Below are positions 11,201-25,295 of a DNA stretch of 64,000 bases, piece after piece. The stretch spans positions 22,198,001-22,262,000 of the forward strand of contig NC_058383.1 of the NCBI RefSeq assembly GCF_018350175.1, in the 5' to 3' direction. Position 1 is the stretch's first letter. Each line of letters starts with the position of its first letter. This stretch comes from Felis catus. Lineage: Eukaryota. The notes under the pieces were generated by a model that did not search any database, had not been told where the DNA came from, and saw only the letters and a list, made by a program, of their open reading frames with translations. A program made the translations under genes and the position numbers.

Positions 11201-13569
11201 AAGAAATGTCAGCCACAAGGCAAAACCATGGGCAAAGAGTATCTATGGCAACAGACATAATTCAGTGTTGGTAGAAGTCATTTTTGAAAATAAGTCTTGA
11301 AGAGTCACGTGGTCAGTGATGATGCCACACACATATAAGACCAAACCCATCAAATGAAATCAGATGTTTGAATAAATCATTACTGGGAGAACCTTAGAGA
11401 GCACTATACATTTTGGTCAGATGAAACAAATAAAAAAATAGGAAGGCTTAAGAGATCTAGATATTATATTAAGATGGAATTAATAAACACTGAAATGCAT
11501 GCCCTACGAGTAGTAAATATAATCTCTGTATTGAAATGTGAACATTTAGCAACAATGAACTAAGCTAAATTGGAAAGCAAGAAAGGGGAAGGGTGGGGAG
11601 GGCACAGGCCATATTCTCTGACCATAAAGTACTGTACTGTCATTTGACATTATTAATGAAAAACAAAACAAAAAGCTAGCGTCAGAGGTTTCCAAAACGC
11701 CTAAATAAAAGCACGCTTGAAAGGAAATTAAAAACACAAGTGCAGACCTTGAACAAGCAACAAAGGCTGGAACTCAACATATCACGAGTTGGAGGAAATC
11801 TTGATTCTCTCTAATGCTTGTTCTTTATTCTTGAAGAGCGGAGTCAGTTCAGAGAGGAAAAATAAATCAGCGCAACGTTCAACTGAAATTCAAAGGCAAC
11901 GACCCAACAAACCCACAGAAAACAAGAACACCGAAACGCAGAATTGATATGTAAATCCCAGAGCTCCCTCTTTGCAGAAAAATAAACCACAGCAAAACAG
12001 AGGAACCTCTGGAAAACAAGGGGAAGGAAAGGAGACAGGAGAAACAAATAAAGTTAGAAACAAAGGAGCGGATCTGACGACAGATGCGGGGCTGGTGGCA
12101 AAGCAGCCGATGAGGGGCCTGAGGCTGGCACACCACATCTGGGAGCTCTCACAGCCGCCGCTGTTCTGTATCTGTCACGTGGTCTCCAATCGCCACGCAA
12201 CAGAAGAGCGGGGAGAGCTCAGTCCCCGCCAGATGGGGAAACTGAGTCTCCGAGACCAGATGTAACTCACCCAAGATCACATGGGGACAAGAATGCGAAT
12301 TTCTAGAATTTGATACATTTACAGCCAAGACACCAGCATAGATGTGTTGGCCCTGAATCTGAAGAGGACGTTTATTTGCAAAAATCCCAAAGGAGATTTT
12401 ATTTAGCAAAAGTTTCCTCCTCTAATTTCGTCGGCTTCACGATTCTCCTAGAAGGGGCATGAGGGGGGCTGGAATGATCTCTGATGGATGGAATCATAAC
12501 TGCTGAGAAGGCTATAGTGCAGAGAGGTGAAATGATACACCTGAAGTCACAAAGCATCCATCCCCTTAGGAGACCCAGGGTCCAAACCCACCCATCTACC
12601 CTCTAAGCCTCTGCCAATCCCCGTCCCAGCAGGTGGAATGTGGTGTGCATGAGCTTAGGCCCTGGCATCGTAAAGACCTGGGCCCAAACTCAAGCGCGTC
12701 ACTTACAAGCTGTGTGTCCCTTCACACATTGCTCGACTACTCTGATCCCAGGAACGACGATGCACCCAGAACTGGCGGGACAGTTGAAGGATGATGAGGT
12801 GTACATGCGGGGATAGTTTGGACTTGGTCCTTCTGTCCTCCTTGTGCTCTGCTGTCTGTTTCCAGGGGGTCGATGGGGGCAGGCATGGGACCAAGGAAGG
12901 AGTGGCACCTGTGGGAGAGAGCCCTGCCCTGTGGGCCTGAAGAACCACGAGAAGAGAGCAAGGAGAGGGTAAAAGCAGAGGGGCTCTGCCCCACCTTCTC
13001 CCTGAGCCCTGGACACAGACCTACGTGGAGGGCCAAACGTCACAGGAGCAGCAGGCCAGGGAAACAGGGAGAAACCAGACGGCACTCCGGGTCCCCGTGC
13101 AGGAGACAGAGATGATGCTCCAAAGCCAGGGAAAGGACCCGTCCTGCCTCAGCGGGCACAGGTTCAGGGACCAGGTAGGATCGGCCGCTTCGTGGCAGTG
13201 AAGCCCAGAAGGCACCATATGCAGGATGGTCCCCTTCTCCTCGCCACCAGGAGGTCACAGAACCACGTAAGAAAGTCTGGGTGCATTATAGAAAATAAAG
13301 AAGCTATTATGGGTACCTGTGTATGACTTCAGGACACCTGGAAAGTGATCAGCACAGAGTCTCGCATCCAGTACGAGTCGATAAGTGGTAGCTATTGTTC
13401 TTGTAATTATTATTATTATATTCTCTCTCCTGTCTCACTTAGACCCCATAGGGTTGTGTTTCTCTTTAACCTCTTTACTCCTGACTTAAAGAGAAAGGAA
13501 CATGCAATCTGTCAGTAGTGACAATGGCAGCATGCGAAGTCAGATCATCCACATGCTAAGAAAAATTAC

Positions 13570-13815
13570 CCAAGTTTTTGTCATGAATGGAGGTTGTTAC
13601 TTTGTCAGATGCTTTTTCTTTTTTTGCATCTATGATTCTATGGGTTTTATCATTTCTCTTGTCGATGTGATGCATCACACTGATTGATTTGCAAATACTG
13701 AACTACCCTGGCATCCCTGGGGTATATCCCCCTTGATTATCGTGAATGATTTTTTTAATGGATTATTGGATTGGGTTTGCAAGTATTTTGCTGAGGATTT
13801 CCGCACCTTCGTTAA
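13570..13815 (-). mobile_element. L1 ORF2 fragment (old)
   Basis: tgcatcacactgattgatttgcaaatactgaac...gtattttgctgaggatttccgcacc is antisense L1 ORF2. Confidence 0.75.
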
Positions 13816-13911
13816 ACTTGGGAAAATGGCAAAAGATGGCAGTGTGACCTTTCACTGTCACGTGGGAGTATTTTCTAATTAATTCTCCTTCCTCACTTCT
13901 ACTTATTACTA

Positions 13912-14121
13912 TTTTTTTAACGTTTATTTATTTTTGAGACAGAGAGAGACAGAGCATGAACAGGGGAGGGTCTAAGAAAGAGGGAGACACAGAATCTGAA
14001 GCAGGCTCCAGGCTCTGAGCTGTCAGCACAGAGCCTGACGCGGGGCTTGAACTCACGGACCTCGAGATCATGACCTGAGCCGAAGTCGGACGCTTAACTG
14101 ACTGAGCCACCCAGGCGCCCC
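13912..14121 (-). mobile_element. Can-SINE
   Basis: Full reverse-complement felid SINE ending gagccacccaggcgcccc. Confidence 0.93.
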
Positions 14122-14233
14122 AAGTGTTACTATTATTTAGTCTTATTACTTATAAGCCACAGTCAAATAGGACCCAGATGGCCTCCCAATTCTGCAAAGA
14201 TAGACACTAACTTCTAGAAGTTTTTTCCAGTCT

Positions 14234-14544
14234 GGAGTGCCTGGCTGGCTCAGTCGGACAAGCATGCAACTCTTCATCTCTCTGGGTTGTGAGCGCCTCG
14301 GTGGCTCAGTCGGCTAAGTGTCCAACTCTTGATTTGGGCTCGGGTCATGGTCTCAGTCTGTGAGATCGAGCCCCACATTGGGCTCTATCCTGAGTCTGGA
14401 GCCTGCTTGGGATTCTCTCTTGCCCTCTCTCTGCCCCTCTGCAGCTCAAGTGCTCTCCCTCTCTCTCTACCCCTCTACCCACCCCCCAAAATAAATAAAT
14501 AGACCTAAAAAAATAAAACAAAATCTTAAAAATATATATAAAAA
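14234..14544 (+). mobile_element. Composite Can-SINE (partial head plus near-full element)
   Basis: Two consecutive tRNA-like heads (14234 and about 14291) inside one TSD agaagtt(t/c)ttccagtc. Confidence 0.8.
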
Positions 14545-14842
14545 AGAAGTTCTTCCAGTCCGGTAGACAGGTGCCCTCCGTGGTTGTGATTTCATTGCCC
14601 TGGTTACCAGCTAGTGTCACCGCTAATTTAGCAACGTTATGTCAGCATTCCTGTGTCTCCTGGCATACCAGGATCAGCTTCTCAAACCTTCAGAATCAGC
14701 CATTCATCTTCCTGGCTTCCAATGTGTGAGCTAAGGAAAACTGTGACAAATACTCATTATCTATTTTTTGAGAATTAATGTTGTTAACCATTTGTGAGCT
14801 GTGCTTGAACACACCTTATTACTAGTATTCTTTTAAAAAACA

Positions 14843-15053
14843 TTTTTTTACGTTTATTTTATTATTGAGAGACAGAGTGAGACAGAGCATGAGCCTGGGA
14901 GGGCAGAGAGAGGAGGAGACACAGAATCCGAAGCAGGCTCCAGGCTCTGAGCCATCAGCACAGAGCCCAACGCGGGGCTCAAACCCACAAACCGTGGGAT
15001 CATGACCTGAGCTGAAGTCGGATGCCCAACCGACTGAGCCACCCAGGCGCCCC
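14843..15053 (-). mobile_element. Can-SINE
   Basis: Full reverse-complement felid SINE. Confidence 0.93.
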
Positions 15054-16139
15054 TCCTATTCTTACTTTTATACACACTTAGCTTCTGTCCTCCTTCACAA
15101 TCAATAATAATTGATTACTAGTTATTCCTGACATTTCCTCTTCCCTTCCGGAAGCTAAGCTCCATGAGGGTGTGTTTGTCACGGATCTCTAGTGACCCAA
15201 ATGGAATAGAGACTCAGTATCTATTTGGATAAAAGTCTACAATAAGGAGGACAGACAGGGAAGTTGTAAGGTGAACAATGGGAAGAGAGTGGAGTCCAGA
15301 TGCTACATTCTCTTTCTTGCTTGCACCGGTTGGATTCTTATTTTCTTGCACTTGTAACTGAAAAAGCCCTGAATGAAGGCATTCAGAAAGGAGACCATTT
15401 CTCTTAAAGAGATAAGAGCATCCACTAACCCCTGCTTTGCCCAAAGCTATGGTGCCAGGTTAGACTATGTATTCTGACTCCTTTCCTCAGATGATAGAGA
15501 AACTGTTGCCCAGGGGGCTTACCCAGCCTCTTTGCTGGGAATATGGGAGCAAGGATTTTTTTTTTTGCCACAAGAAGGGAACAAAAGAGACCATTACAGC
15601 CTCTTCCCAGCACGTCTGTGGCCAGGCTTGGTAGGCGGGCCCAATGGAGTAGTATCTTCTTACGAAACCAGAATCTGACAGTGGATTGCAAATATCTTTA
15701 GGGTATATCGTGAGAGCCACTTTAGCACCCATGGGGCCAGCCAAGACATAGAACTGCGTCAAGTAGGACAGACAGAAAACAATAGAATAGTGAAGACTAT
15801 AGCAAACAGAAAATCCGTGTCCTGTCTGGAGGGGGCATTAACAACTCACCTGTTCTCAACCGTTGCCTTCTAGGCCCAGTCGTCCAGGTATTTCTGGTTT
15901 TGTAAGCCAGAAGTCCAGACTTCTATGGAAAGTGTTCTGATTTTGAAAATACTAGCGAGTGATTTTTTTTTTTTTAAGCACGAGGACCAAATAAAACATA
16001 TATGTGAGGTAGGTCCAATCTACCAGCCATCACTCTGTGACTCTGCCTTCGTATTTCATTTTAGGAGGAAAAGGAAAACATTGTTCCCACGTTCGATGGA
16101 CCAAGCTGTATGGCAGCTTTCAAAGCAAAATCCTCCTTA

Positions 16140-16487
<348 letters not shown>

Positions 16488-17487
16488 TTAGGCCAGCTCT
16501 GACAGAAACAGTTCTAGATACTCCTGCTGCCTTATGTCTTAATAGGGCTCGTGGTGATCAGGAAACCCTGCTGCCACAGTCACTCTAAGAAATGCGGATA
16601 TCAATTATATAATTGCGCGAGTGTTTGCACACGCGTGAGTTTGCATGAGGCTGAGGACATGTACAGAGGAAAAAGTCTCGTTGGTGCTGGTCAGGGCCAA
16701 TGGTTCTGAGGTGCATCCTTGAATGAGGCTGAGATGGGCCCCCAGTTTTGCCCTGAGAGAGGAGCGAGGGGATGGCGTTCCCACAAGCAGTCATGCTTCG
16801 GGCCCACAGTCCCGGCGAGTCAGACTGTTGGAAGCCGAATCCCCCTCAACCCCATATCTTCTGGGGGGACTCTGGCCACATTCTTTAGCCTCCTCAAGCA
16901 CCATTGGTTATTGGGGATGAAATTGCCAATGGAGTTAGATCATTGAATATCGTGCTTTTTATAACCACGATATGTTCAATAAATATCGGTTCACGTAACT
17001 AACACTCGTGGGCCCAAATGCATCAAAAAGTGGCCCCAGGTTCTTGGAGCACTAGCCAGGGAAGACCCTCCATGGAAGCTAGCAGAGAACTCCCAGCAGG
17101 CTGCAGCCTCAGCACATGCATATCTACAAACTGAGTCCTAGAGGGGTTATCACCACACCCTATGGGTTATGTCCCGCTGTTCACAGAGACCACTTCTCCC
17201 ACAACTTGCCTTCTACCTAGCAACACATCACACTATTTTCTATCCCACCCACTCCCCACACCACAGACATTCTCAACTCTATTAAAAAAAATAAGTTCCA
17301 ATTTTTACTTGGCTTGCATTGCAAAAATGCATATGGAGGGGGAGGAAGAGAAGGGAGGCGGGGGAGAGGGAGAGAGGGAAGGAGGGAAGGGAAGAATGAA
17401 ATGGAAGCTAGGAGAGGCAATCCCCGATCTCAGGTGGCCCACAGGCCAACCTCCACCACCCGCGCTGGGCGTAATAATTTTAACTCA

Positions 17488-17697
<210 letters not shown>

Positions 17698-17942
17698 TCA
17701 ACCAGTGAGGGTTGTAGAACGTCCGGAAGAGTCCTTAGCATCACACTTACTTACTGGGAGGTGTAACTTATCAACATCAATAGCTAAGAAGCATACAAAG
17801 TGAGATAGACTTGTAAGATGCAGCCCCTGCTCCATATTGGTTCCAAACTGATTTCTGACTTTCATACTGCTCTACCCACTATGCCTCCAAGATTAGTTGT
17901 ACATTCTCGAAGCTTGCTTTCCACAAAGCCAACAAGAGAGAT

Positions 17943-18570
17943 TGGCTTCTTTCATGGAGCATGTTTTCAAGGTTCATCCATGTTGTAACATGTTTCAGTA
18001 CTTAATTCATGGCTGAAGATCATCCCCTTGTGCAGATAGATCAAATTTTGTTTATCCATTCATTGGGTGAACATTTAGATTGTTTCCACTTTTTGGCTAT
18101 TGTGAGTAGTGAAGCTATGAACATCTGTGTACTCTGCCCTAAAAGGTCACAAGTTGTATGGTTGCATTTATATGAAATAATCCAGAACAGGTAAATCCAC
18201 AGATACAGAAAGCAGACCAGTGTCTGCCAGGTGCTGGTGGGTAGGAGGAATGGGAATCGACTATTTAATGGGTGTGGGGTTTCCTTTACTAGTGATAAAG
18301 TTTCTTGAAACTAGATACAGGTGATGGTTATACAGCCCCGTGAAATGTACTAAATGCCACTGAACTATACGCTTTAAAATGGTTAATGATGGGACACCCA
18401 GGTGGCTCAGTTAGTTAAGCATCTGACTCTTGATTTCAGCTCAGGTCATGGTCTCATAGTTCACGAGATTGAGCCCTGTATCAGGCTCTGCACTGATGGT
18501 GCAGAGCCTGCTTGGGATTCTCTCTCTCCCTCTTTTTCTCTCTCTGCCCCTCCCCTGCTCATGCTCACTT

Positions 18571-18605
<35 letters not shown>

Positions 18606-18680
18606 ATAAATAAATAAACTTTTAAAAAATGGTTAATGGTTAATTTTATGTTACATAAATTTTACCTGGATTCAAAAAGC
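17943..18680 (+). mobile_element. Old L1 (L1MB-like) 3' end with inverted 5' segment, interrupted by a Can-SINE
   Basis: 17943-18131 is antisense L1 3' sequence; 18141-18680 is the sense continuation ending atgccactgaact...ttttatgttacataaattttacc. Confidence 0.75.
18391..18625 (+). mobile_element. Can-SINE nested in L1MB
   Basis: TSD aaaatggttaatg on both sides. Confidence 0.93.
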
Positions 18681-19627
18681 AAAAGCTAAAAAAGAAAGAG
18701 TTGCCCTCCAAACCAAGGTGCACCTGTCATCCCCAGACAGCCCAGAGAGAAGGCTGGAAAAATATCACAGCATTACAGGTAGACTTCACCCTCAATGAAG
18801 AACACCCTGAGTAAAGGAGGCTGTAAGACCAGCTTAAAGAAGAAAGGAATCAGAGGGTCAGTAGTGTAGACGCAACTAGCGACAGGAAGGACGAGGTGGA
18901 GTAAGACATCAACTTACAGAAACAGGAAGAGTTTAGCTAGGGGTCAATTTGAAAGTCAGTAATGTAGGCAGCCAAGAGAAGGAGACAGGAAAATGGGAGT
19001 TGTGCAGATCTTAAGGATACAGTGCCAACCATCTGACTTATGATAGAAAAATCCAAAGTATTATATTAGCAGATTGAATCAAGCAATGTAACAGAAGGCT
19101 AATATAGAATGACTCCTACCAGGAATGCAAAGATGGTTCAATCTTAGAAAAATCTATTATTAAAATTTTTTTTCATTATATGTATAGGTCAAAGGAGCAA
19201 ACCATAGGATCACTGCAATTAGCTAGAGATAGCAGAAAATTTTCTTCACGTGATAAAGGCTATCTGAAATAATAGCTCCGTAGTTAATGATAAATGCAGC
19301 CCCATTAAAGTCTGGAATGAGACAGACATTCATTACCACAGCTATTATTTGACATTTTTTTCCTAAGTGTTCTGTAAGCGCAATAATACAATAGAAACAG
19401 AATATTGGAAAGTAGGGGATAGAGCACCCCCTCATCTCTTATCACCTTTGCTTCTACCCTATTACAGTCACCTCCTCCCTGAAGTTTATCATCCCAGAAA
19501 TTACACCACTTTCCCAGTCTCTGTTTCGTGTACCCTGCAATCCTATGCTCCTTCCTGTTTTTCCACTTCATTAACCCTAGTACTCCACTGCAACAAGTCT
19601 TATACCACCAGTCTGTTGAGCCAATAT

Positions 19628-19796
19628 TATTTTTAATTTGTTTTAAGAGAGAGAGAGCAGTGGAAGAGAGAGAATCTTAAGCAAGCTCCATGCTCAGCAA
19701 TGTTCATTCTCAGGTTGTTCAATCCCACAACCCTGGGATCAGGACTGAGCAGAAATCAAGTCAGACACTCAACCAGCTGAGCCACCCAGGTGCCCC
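19628..19796 (-). mobile_element. Older Can-SINE
   Basis: TSD tgagccaatat; ends gagccacccaggtgcccc. Confidence 0.85.
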
Positions 19797-20832
19797 TGAG
19801 CCAATATATACTTAGCCTAGTTTCTCCTCTCTATTTCCTCTTGCCTTTACTTAATTCACCCCCAGCCTAGAGTTCATAGTGCATTATAATCACTCTCTTG
19901 GAAACACCCAAAACTCGCTTGCTTGTGCCTCTTTCTTTCCATTTTATTTATCTGGAAACAAAAAACACAAACAAACAAAAAACCCAGCACTACTTAAATT
20001 CAGAGATCTTTCCTTTATTTTCCTACAACCAAGCCGCAGACCATTGCTGGTGTGAGTGGAGGTAATGACATCTGACTTGTCTAAGAGTATATCGCTAGTA
20101 ATGGGTTAGGACCGAATAAATGAGATGGAAAGGGGGCTGGGAGGACTTCCGGGGGAGTGACAAAGGGCCCCAGGACACAAGCTGTAAGCTGTAAGTTATT
20201 CTGCACGGATGCAGTTATGCACTCCAGCATATGGCCTTTGCTTCCACTTATCCACAGGCTGAATTCTCACTCCATCTCATCCTCATGCAGGTTGTACCTC
20301 ATTCTTGCACCCAAAGCAAGAACTTTTCCTCTTTGACTTCGACTCAGTGAAGGTCGATAAGCACGTCCCCACGAGGCATTAAGAATTCTGCTAGGCACTG
20401 GGGACACGGGGACACAGGGACAACATCAGATGTCGATCCTGTCCCCAAGGAACATAGAAAAACAAATGTATTCAAAGTATAGCTGATTGCTAACGACTCG
20501 GTAGCCAGGTCACATAGTGTGGTGGATACAGGCTACAGTATGTCAGGGTCTTGCCTAGAAGCTACTTTACATTTCAGAACCATTCAATCGGATGCAGAAT
20601 ATACACATTTAGCAAAAAACCTGGCACCCAAGGAATGGTCAATAAATGCCACCTATTGTACTGCTATTGTAGTGTTATCATGCCTCATATTCAGTGTCTT
20701 CTCTTATTGTATTTGTCCATTTTTATTATGAAGACTTAACCATTTCCAAATGGACTGATATCAAACAGCACCACTTCTGGAGTTTTTTCTTTGCGAAAGA
20801 TGCACCTGAGCTTTCCACGAGAACCTCTCCAG

Positions 20833-21010
20833 AGCGCTGCTCAAACCTTAGTGTGCAGAAGAGTCACCCACAGGGCTTGTGAGACACATATCCCCGAGAC
20901 CCACTCCTACGGATGGATTCTGATTCAGTGAGTCTGGAGTGAGAGCTGCTCATTTGTTTTTCTAACACGTTCCCAGGTGATGCTGCTGCGGGCGGTCCAT
21001 AGAGCACACA
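20833..21010. mobile_element. MER5A-like hAT MITE
   Basis: ctcaaaccttagtgtgca...gattctgattcagt...tctaacacgttcccaggtgatgctg. Confidence 0.7.
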
Positions 21011-22258
21011 GGAAGTAAGGCTTTTCTAGAGGATATAATTTCTTCAGATCCCCATGCATTTTCCCCATCGAATATAATCTCCAACTGTTACTTCTTCTCA
21101 TTTATGGAGCCTTCCAGGGAAAATAGCATACACCAGTTTCCAGGCTGGGATCTTGTAATGCCGCATCTATCACATAGGGAGCTGCACAAAAGTCTGATCT
21201 GAGACGCCGTGAAGCACCAGAAACTTGTCTGTCTGGTTGATCGGCAATACATATGCAAGTGCGAACAGCTCACTTCTCTTCTCTCTTCCAAGGCCGACAC
21301 CCCTGTCCCTCACTCTCTGTTTCATGAACTGACACCAAAGGACCATCGCCAGAATGTTCTTCTATTGTAAGTTTACAACTTCACAGCTCTTTACGGAACA
21401 AGTGTGTGCTGTATTCTTGAGCCAATCTCACAGTTAACAGTTTAAGAATGACCTCTCCTTGGGCATCTACTTCTGCCGAACCCAACATCTGTGATAGTGA
21501 TATGACTGTACCTCTTCCCCAGACCTTATAGATCCTTTCTTCCCCTTGCGTCCTTTTGGGTTGATCCTCTACTGAAGAGGTCAGAACTCTCTGTGGAAAA
21601 GAATGGAGTGGAAGTGATTCTGGGGCTGTGGCATTCACATCTCAAGAGCCCTAACTACTAAAACCACCATATCATGAGCCGTTGACAGTAGCTGTGGGCT
21701 AACAGCCAGAGGCCTGTCCCTCCTGAAGCTTTTCAAAGTAGAGTCCTGTTTCCCAGCCACGATGTATTGAGGAAGCAAATCTCTCTAGACCACACTTGGC
21801 GAGACTGACTTTGATTTTTCTTGATAAATGTTTCTTTACTATCTTTGTTGATATCCAGCCAGCCCAGATGGTACAAAATGCTTCACACAAAGCAGAAATA
21901 GCAACCTTCCCCCCTGGTGGAAGTTTGCTAAATGTACAGAAGAAAAGTGTCCTGATCCAGAGAACACTGCTCGTCTTGGACATGAAGCAGGTCGGCGGGG
22001 GGTGGGGGGTGGGGAGGGAAGGTCTGGCTGTTTCCATCAAAGGGTCTTCAGAGCAAAGGAGGCCTTCTGCATTCTGGTGGAAGCTACCTAAGACAGTGCT
22101 GAGTCCATAAAAAAACAGCACTACTGTTAACTATTTCCCTAAGAATTGTTCTTCAACCAAGAACTTTCCTACTCTTTCCCCTGACCCTCCCCCCACCCAA
22201 AATACAACTCTCTATTGGAAAAGTCTGAATAATTGTGCTGCTTTAAAGCCTCTATCTC

Positions 22259-22502
22259 GGGGCGCCTGGGTGGCGCAGTTGGTTAAGCGTCCGACTTCAG
22301 CCAGGTCACGATCTCGCGGTCCGTGAGTTCGAGCCCTGCATCAGGCTCTGGGCTGATGGCTCAGAGCCTGGAGCCTGTTTCCGATTCTGTGTCTCCCTCT
22401 CTCTCTGCCCCTCCCCCGTTCATGCTCTGTCTCTCTCTGTCCCCAAAAAAATAAACGTTGAAAAAAAAATTAAAAAAATAAAACATCCTTTAAAAAAAAA
22501 AA
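22259..22502 (+). mobile_element. Young felid Can-SINE
   Basis: Perfect 14-bp TSD aaagcctctatctc; near-consensus body. Confidence 0.96.
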
Positions 22503-23267
22503 AAAGCCTCTATCTCACACTGTGGGAGATAAGCAGGAGCTTCTCTTCATCAACTCCTTTAAAAGGCACTTCCTTCAACATTATGAGTCCTCACTTGTCC
22601 TCCCTGTGTGCCCTTACAACAGTTCTTGAAAGTACTGCCCACTATGATGACAGCACAGAGGAGGAAATACTGAATGCCTCTCCACAGGGGAAGCATAGAT
22701 AATCCATAGCACAGTCATACTGTGAAATCCTGTGCACAGATTAATAACATGAACTAACTATATGCGTTAACACGTTGAACAAAATGGCAAGGTGAAGAGA
22801 GATGATCACAGTGTAAAGCTTTTTTTTTTTTTTTTTTTTTTAAGAAAAACGTCTGCGCCCACCAGTGGTTCAGTTGTGGAAAGGTGGATCTCTGCTGTGA
22901 GTTACATAATAGCATTGGGTCAATGTTATATTTCCTGGTTTGGATAACAGTACCATATGCCCATGTAAGAGGATGCTTTCGTTCCTGGGAAATACACACT
23001 CAGATATTTAGGGCCAAGGGAACCATGACTCCAACTTACTCTCAGATGGTTCAGAAAAAAATATGTACATTGATAAAAAATATTTACTAGAATGATAAAC
23101 CAAATGGGGCAAGATATAAACGACTGGCTAATCAGGTAAAGAGTATACAGATGTTCCTTGTACTAGTCTCACAACTTTTCTGTCATTTTGAGATTACGGC
23201 AAAATAAAAGGATTTGAAAGACAGGGCCCTCCAAATCTTCAAGGGAGAAGTACAATAAAATACATTT

Positions 23268-23392
23268 TCTGATGAGCACCAGGTGATGTATGGAAGTGTT
23301 GAGTCACTATATCATATGCCAGAACCTAATAATACTACACTGTATGTTAGCTGACTGGAATTAAAATAAAAACTTAAAAAAAAAAAAAAAAA
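23268..23392 (+). mobile_element. Carnivore L1 extreme 3' end with poly-A
   Basis: gatgagcaccaggtgatgtatggaagtgttgagtcacta...actggaattaaaataaaaacttaaaaa. Confidence 0.75.
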
Positions 23393-23397
23393 CAACC

Positions 23398-23564
23398 ACG
23401 ACTCAGCAATTGCACTACTAGGCACTTATCCACGGGATACAGGTGTGCTGTTTTGAAGGGACACATGCACCCCCATGTTTATAGCAGCACTATCCACAAT
23501 AGCCAAAGTATGGAAAGAGCCCAAATGTCCATCGATGGATGAATGGATAAAGAAGATGTGGTAT

Positions 23565-23637
<73 letters not shown>

Positions 23638-24022
23638 AAATGGAGTATGACTCGGCAATCAAAAAGAATGAAATCTTGCCATTTGCAACTACATGGATGG
23701 AACTGGAGGATATTATGCTAAGTGAAATTAGTCAGAGAAAGACAAAAATCATATTACTTCACTCCTATGAGGACTTTAAGACACAAAACAGATGAACACG
23801 CGTGAATGGAGGCAAAAATAATATAAAAACAGGGAGGGGGACAAAACAGAAGAGACTCATAAATACGGAGAACAAACTGAGGGCTACTGGAGGGGTTGTG
23901 GGAGGGGGGATGGGCTAAATGGGTCTGGGTCATTAAGGAATCTACTCCTGAAATCATTGTTGCACTCTATGCCAACTAATTTGGATGTAAATTTTAAAAA
24001 ATAAAAAATAAAATTAAAAAAA
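23398..24022 (+). mobile_element. Felid L1 3' fragment (ORF2 C-terminus plus 3' UTR) with internal (TG)n(TA)n expansion at 23563-23637
   Basis: ORF 23475: MFIAALSTIAKVWKEPKCPS...EILPFATTWMELEDIMLSEISQ; G-rich 3' UTR; A-rich tail. Confidence 0.93.
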
Positions 24023-25134
24023 ACCAACAACAGTAACAAATTTTCCACAAAGTCGTGTATGAATTTAAATATCTAGATAAGAACCTGGAAGGATATACCC
24101 AAAATTTACTTAATGTAATGATTATATGTGAGGAAGAGGGGAAAAAACCTGGTTTGGGGGTTGTGGGCAAAACAGATTTCAGCCTTGTCTGTCACATTCT
24201 GAATTTATCACAAAGAGAAAGCATTTTGGTATTAATAGCATTTTTTAAACTAAATTAAAAAAAAAAAACAACACACAACTCGGTTGTGCACTTCCGACCT
24301 CCAAGAACCCACCGCTCTGGTCTTCAGAGACCCCGTCCTTGTTCCCCAAGACCACACAGCAATTTGGGTCGGCAGAGTAAGGCTCACAAACTCGTGGTTT
24401 GAGTCACAGAACCTTTGGTGAACCATGCACAGACGCAGGATGACCTCACTGAGATCAGATGGACCCCCTCAGCACCCACCCCAGGAGCAATGGAGCAGAG
24501 AAACAAAACAGGTAAAAAAACAAAAACAAAAACAAAACAAATGCAGAGCCCATTTTTTGCCATCCTGCCCCACCCCTCTCCTATTCCAGTGACCCCCTGG
24601 TGGCTGACGGTTTACCTGGGCCTTTGGTTAACCCCAAATCCCTCCCCATTTCCCTGCCACACTGTCTCAAGTTGCAAGCTTCTTTGGCCTTTGCTCTAAA
24701 GTCTACCCCTGGATCCGTGTCCCTTTGATTCCCGTTCACTTATTACTTCCTCTAACCCCAAGGTTAGAGGCTGTGGCTTTTGTGAGCCCTGGATCCATCA
24801 GAATCCTCCTCCCATAGGTATCTTAACTGGCCATCCCCTGTGGCCTCATCTGATGGGTTCTAACTGGAAAGCAAGCAAACCTGGGGTCTTTGGGCAGCAC
24901 ACATGCAGCATCTAAGTCACCCCAAGTGCGTCGTGGCCAAGGGCTCCCGGAACAGCTGGCTTCCTGTCACTGCTGGCAGGGGCACAGTTATCACACATCT
25001 TATTATCTGTGTTGAGACAGACTTCCAGCTGGGACCGTCACAGTGTCTGTCTAGAAAAGAGCCTGTCAAGCCATGGCAAGTGATGATCAGGGTGGAGCAT
25101 TATTGCTGATGAAATCAGGGACTAAGTTAGCAAT

Positions 25135-25295
25135 GCTCAGACTTTGGAGTCAGACACATCCAGGTTTGAATCCTGCCTCTGCCATGACTCTCATTAACTG
25201 GGTGACCTTGGTTAAAAGGCTTCTCTGAGCCTTGGTTCCCGTGTCTCCAAAATGCTGGTAAAACCACAGACAACTCAGCGGGCTGTTGGATAATA
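25135..25295 (+). mobile_element. MIR
   Basis: gactttggagtcagac...gtttgaatcctgcctctgcc...gtgaccttgg. Confidence 0.7.
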
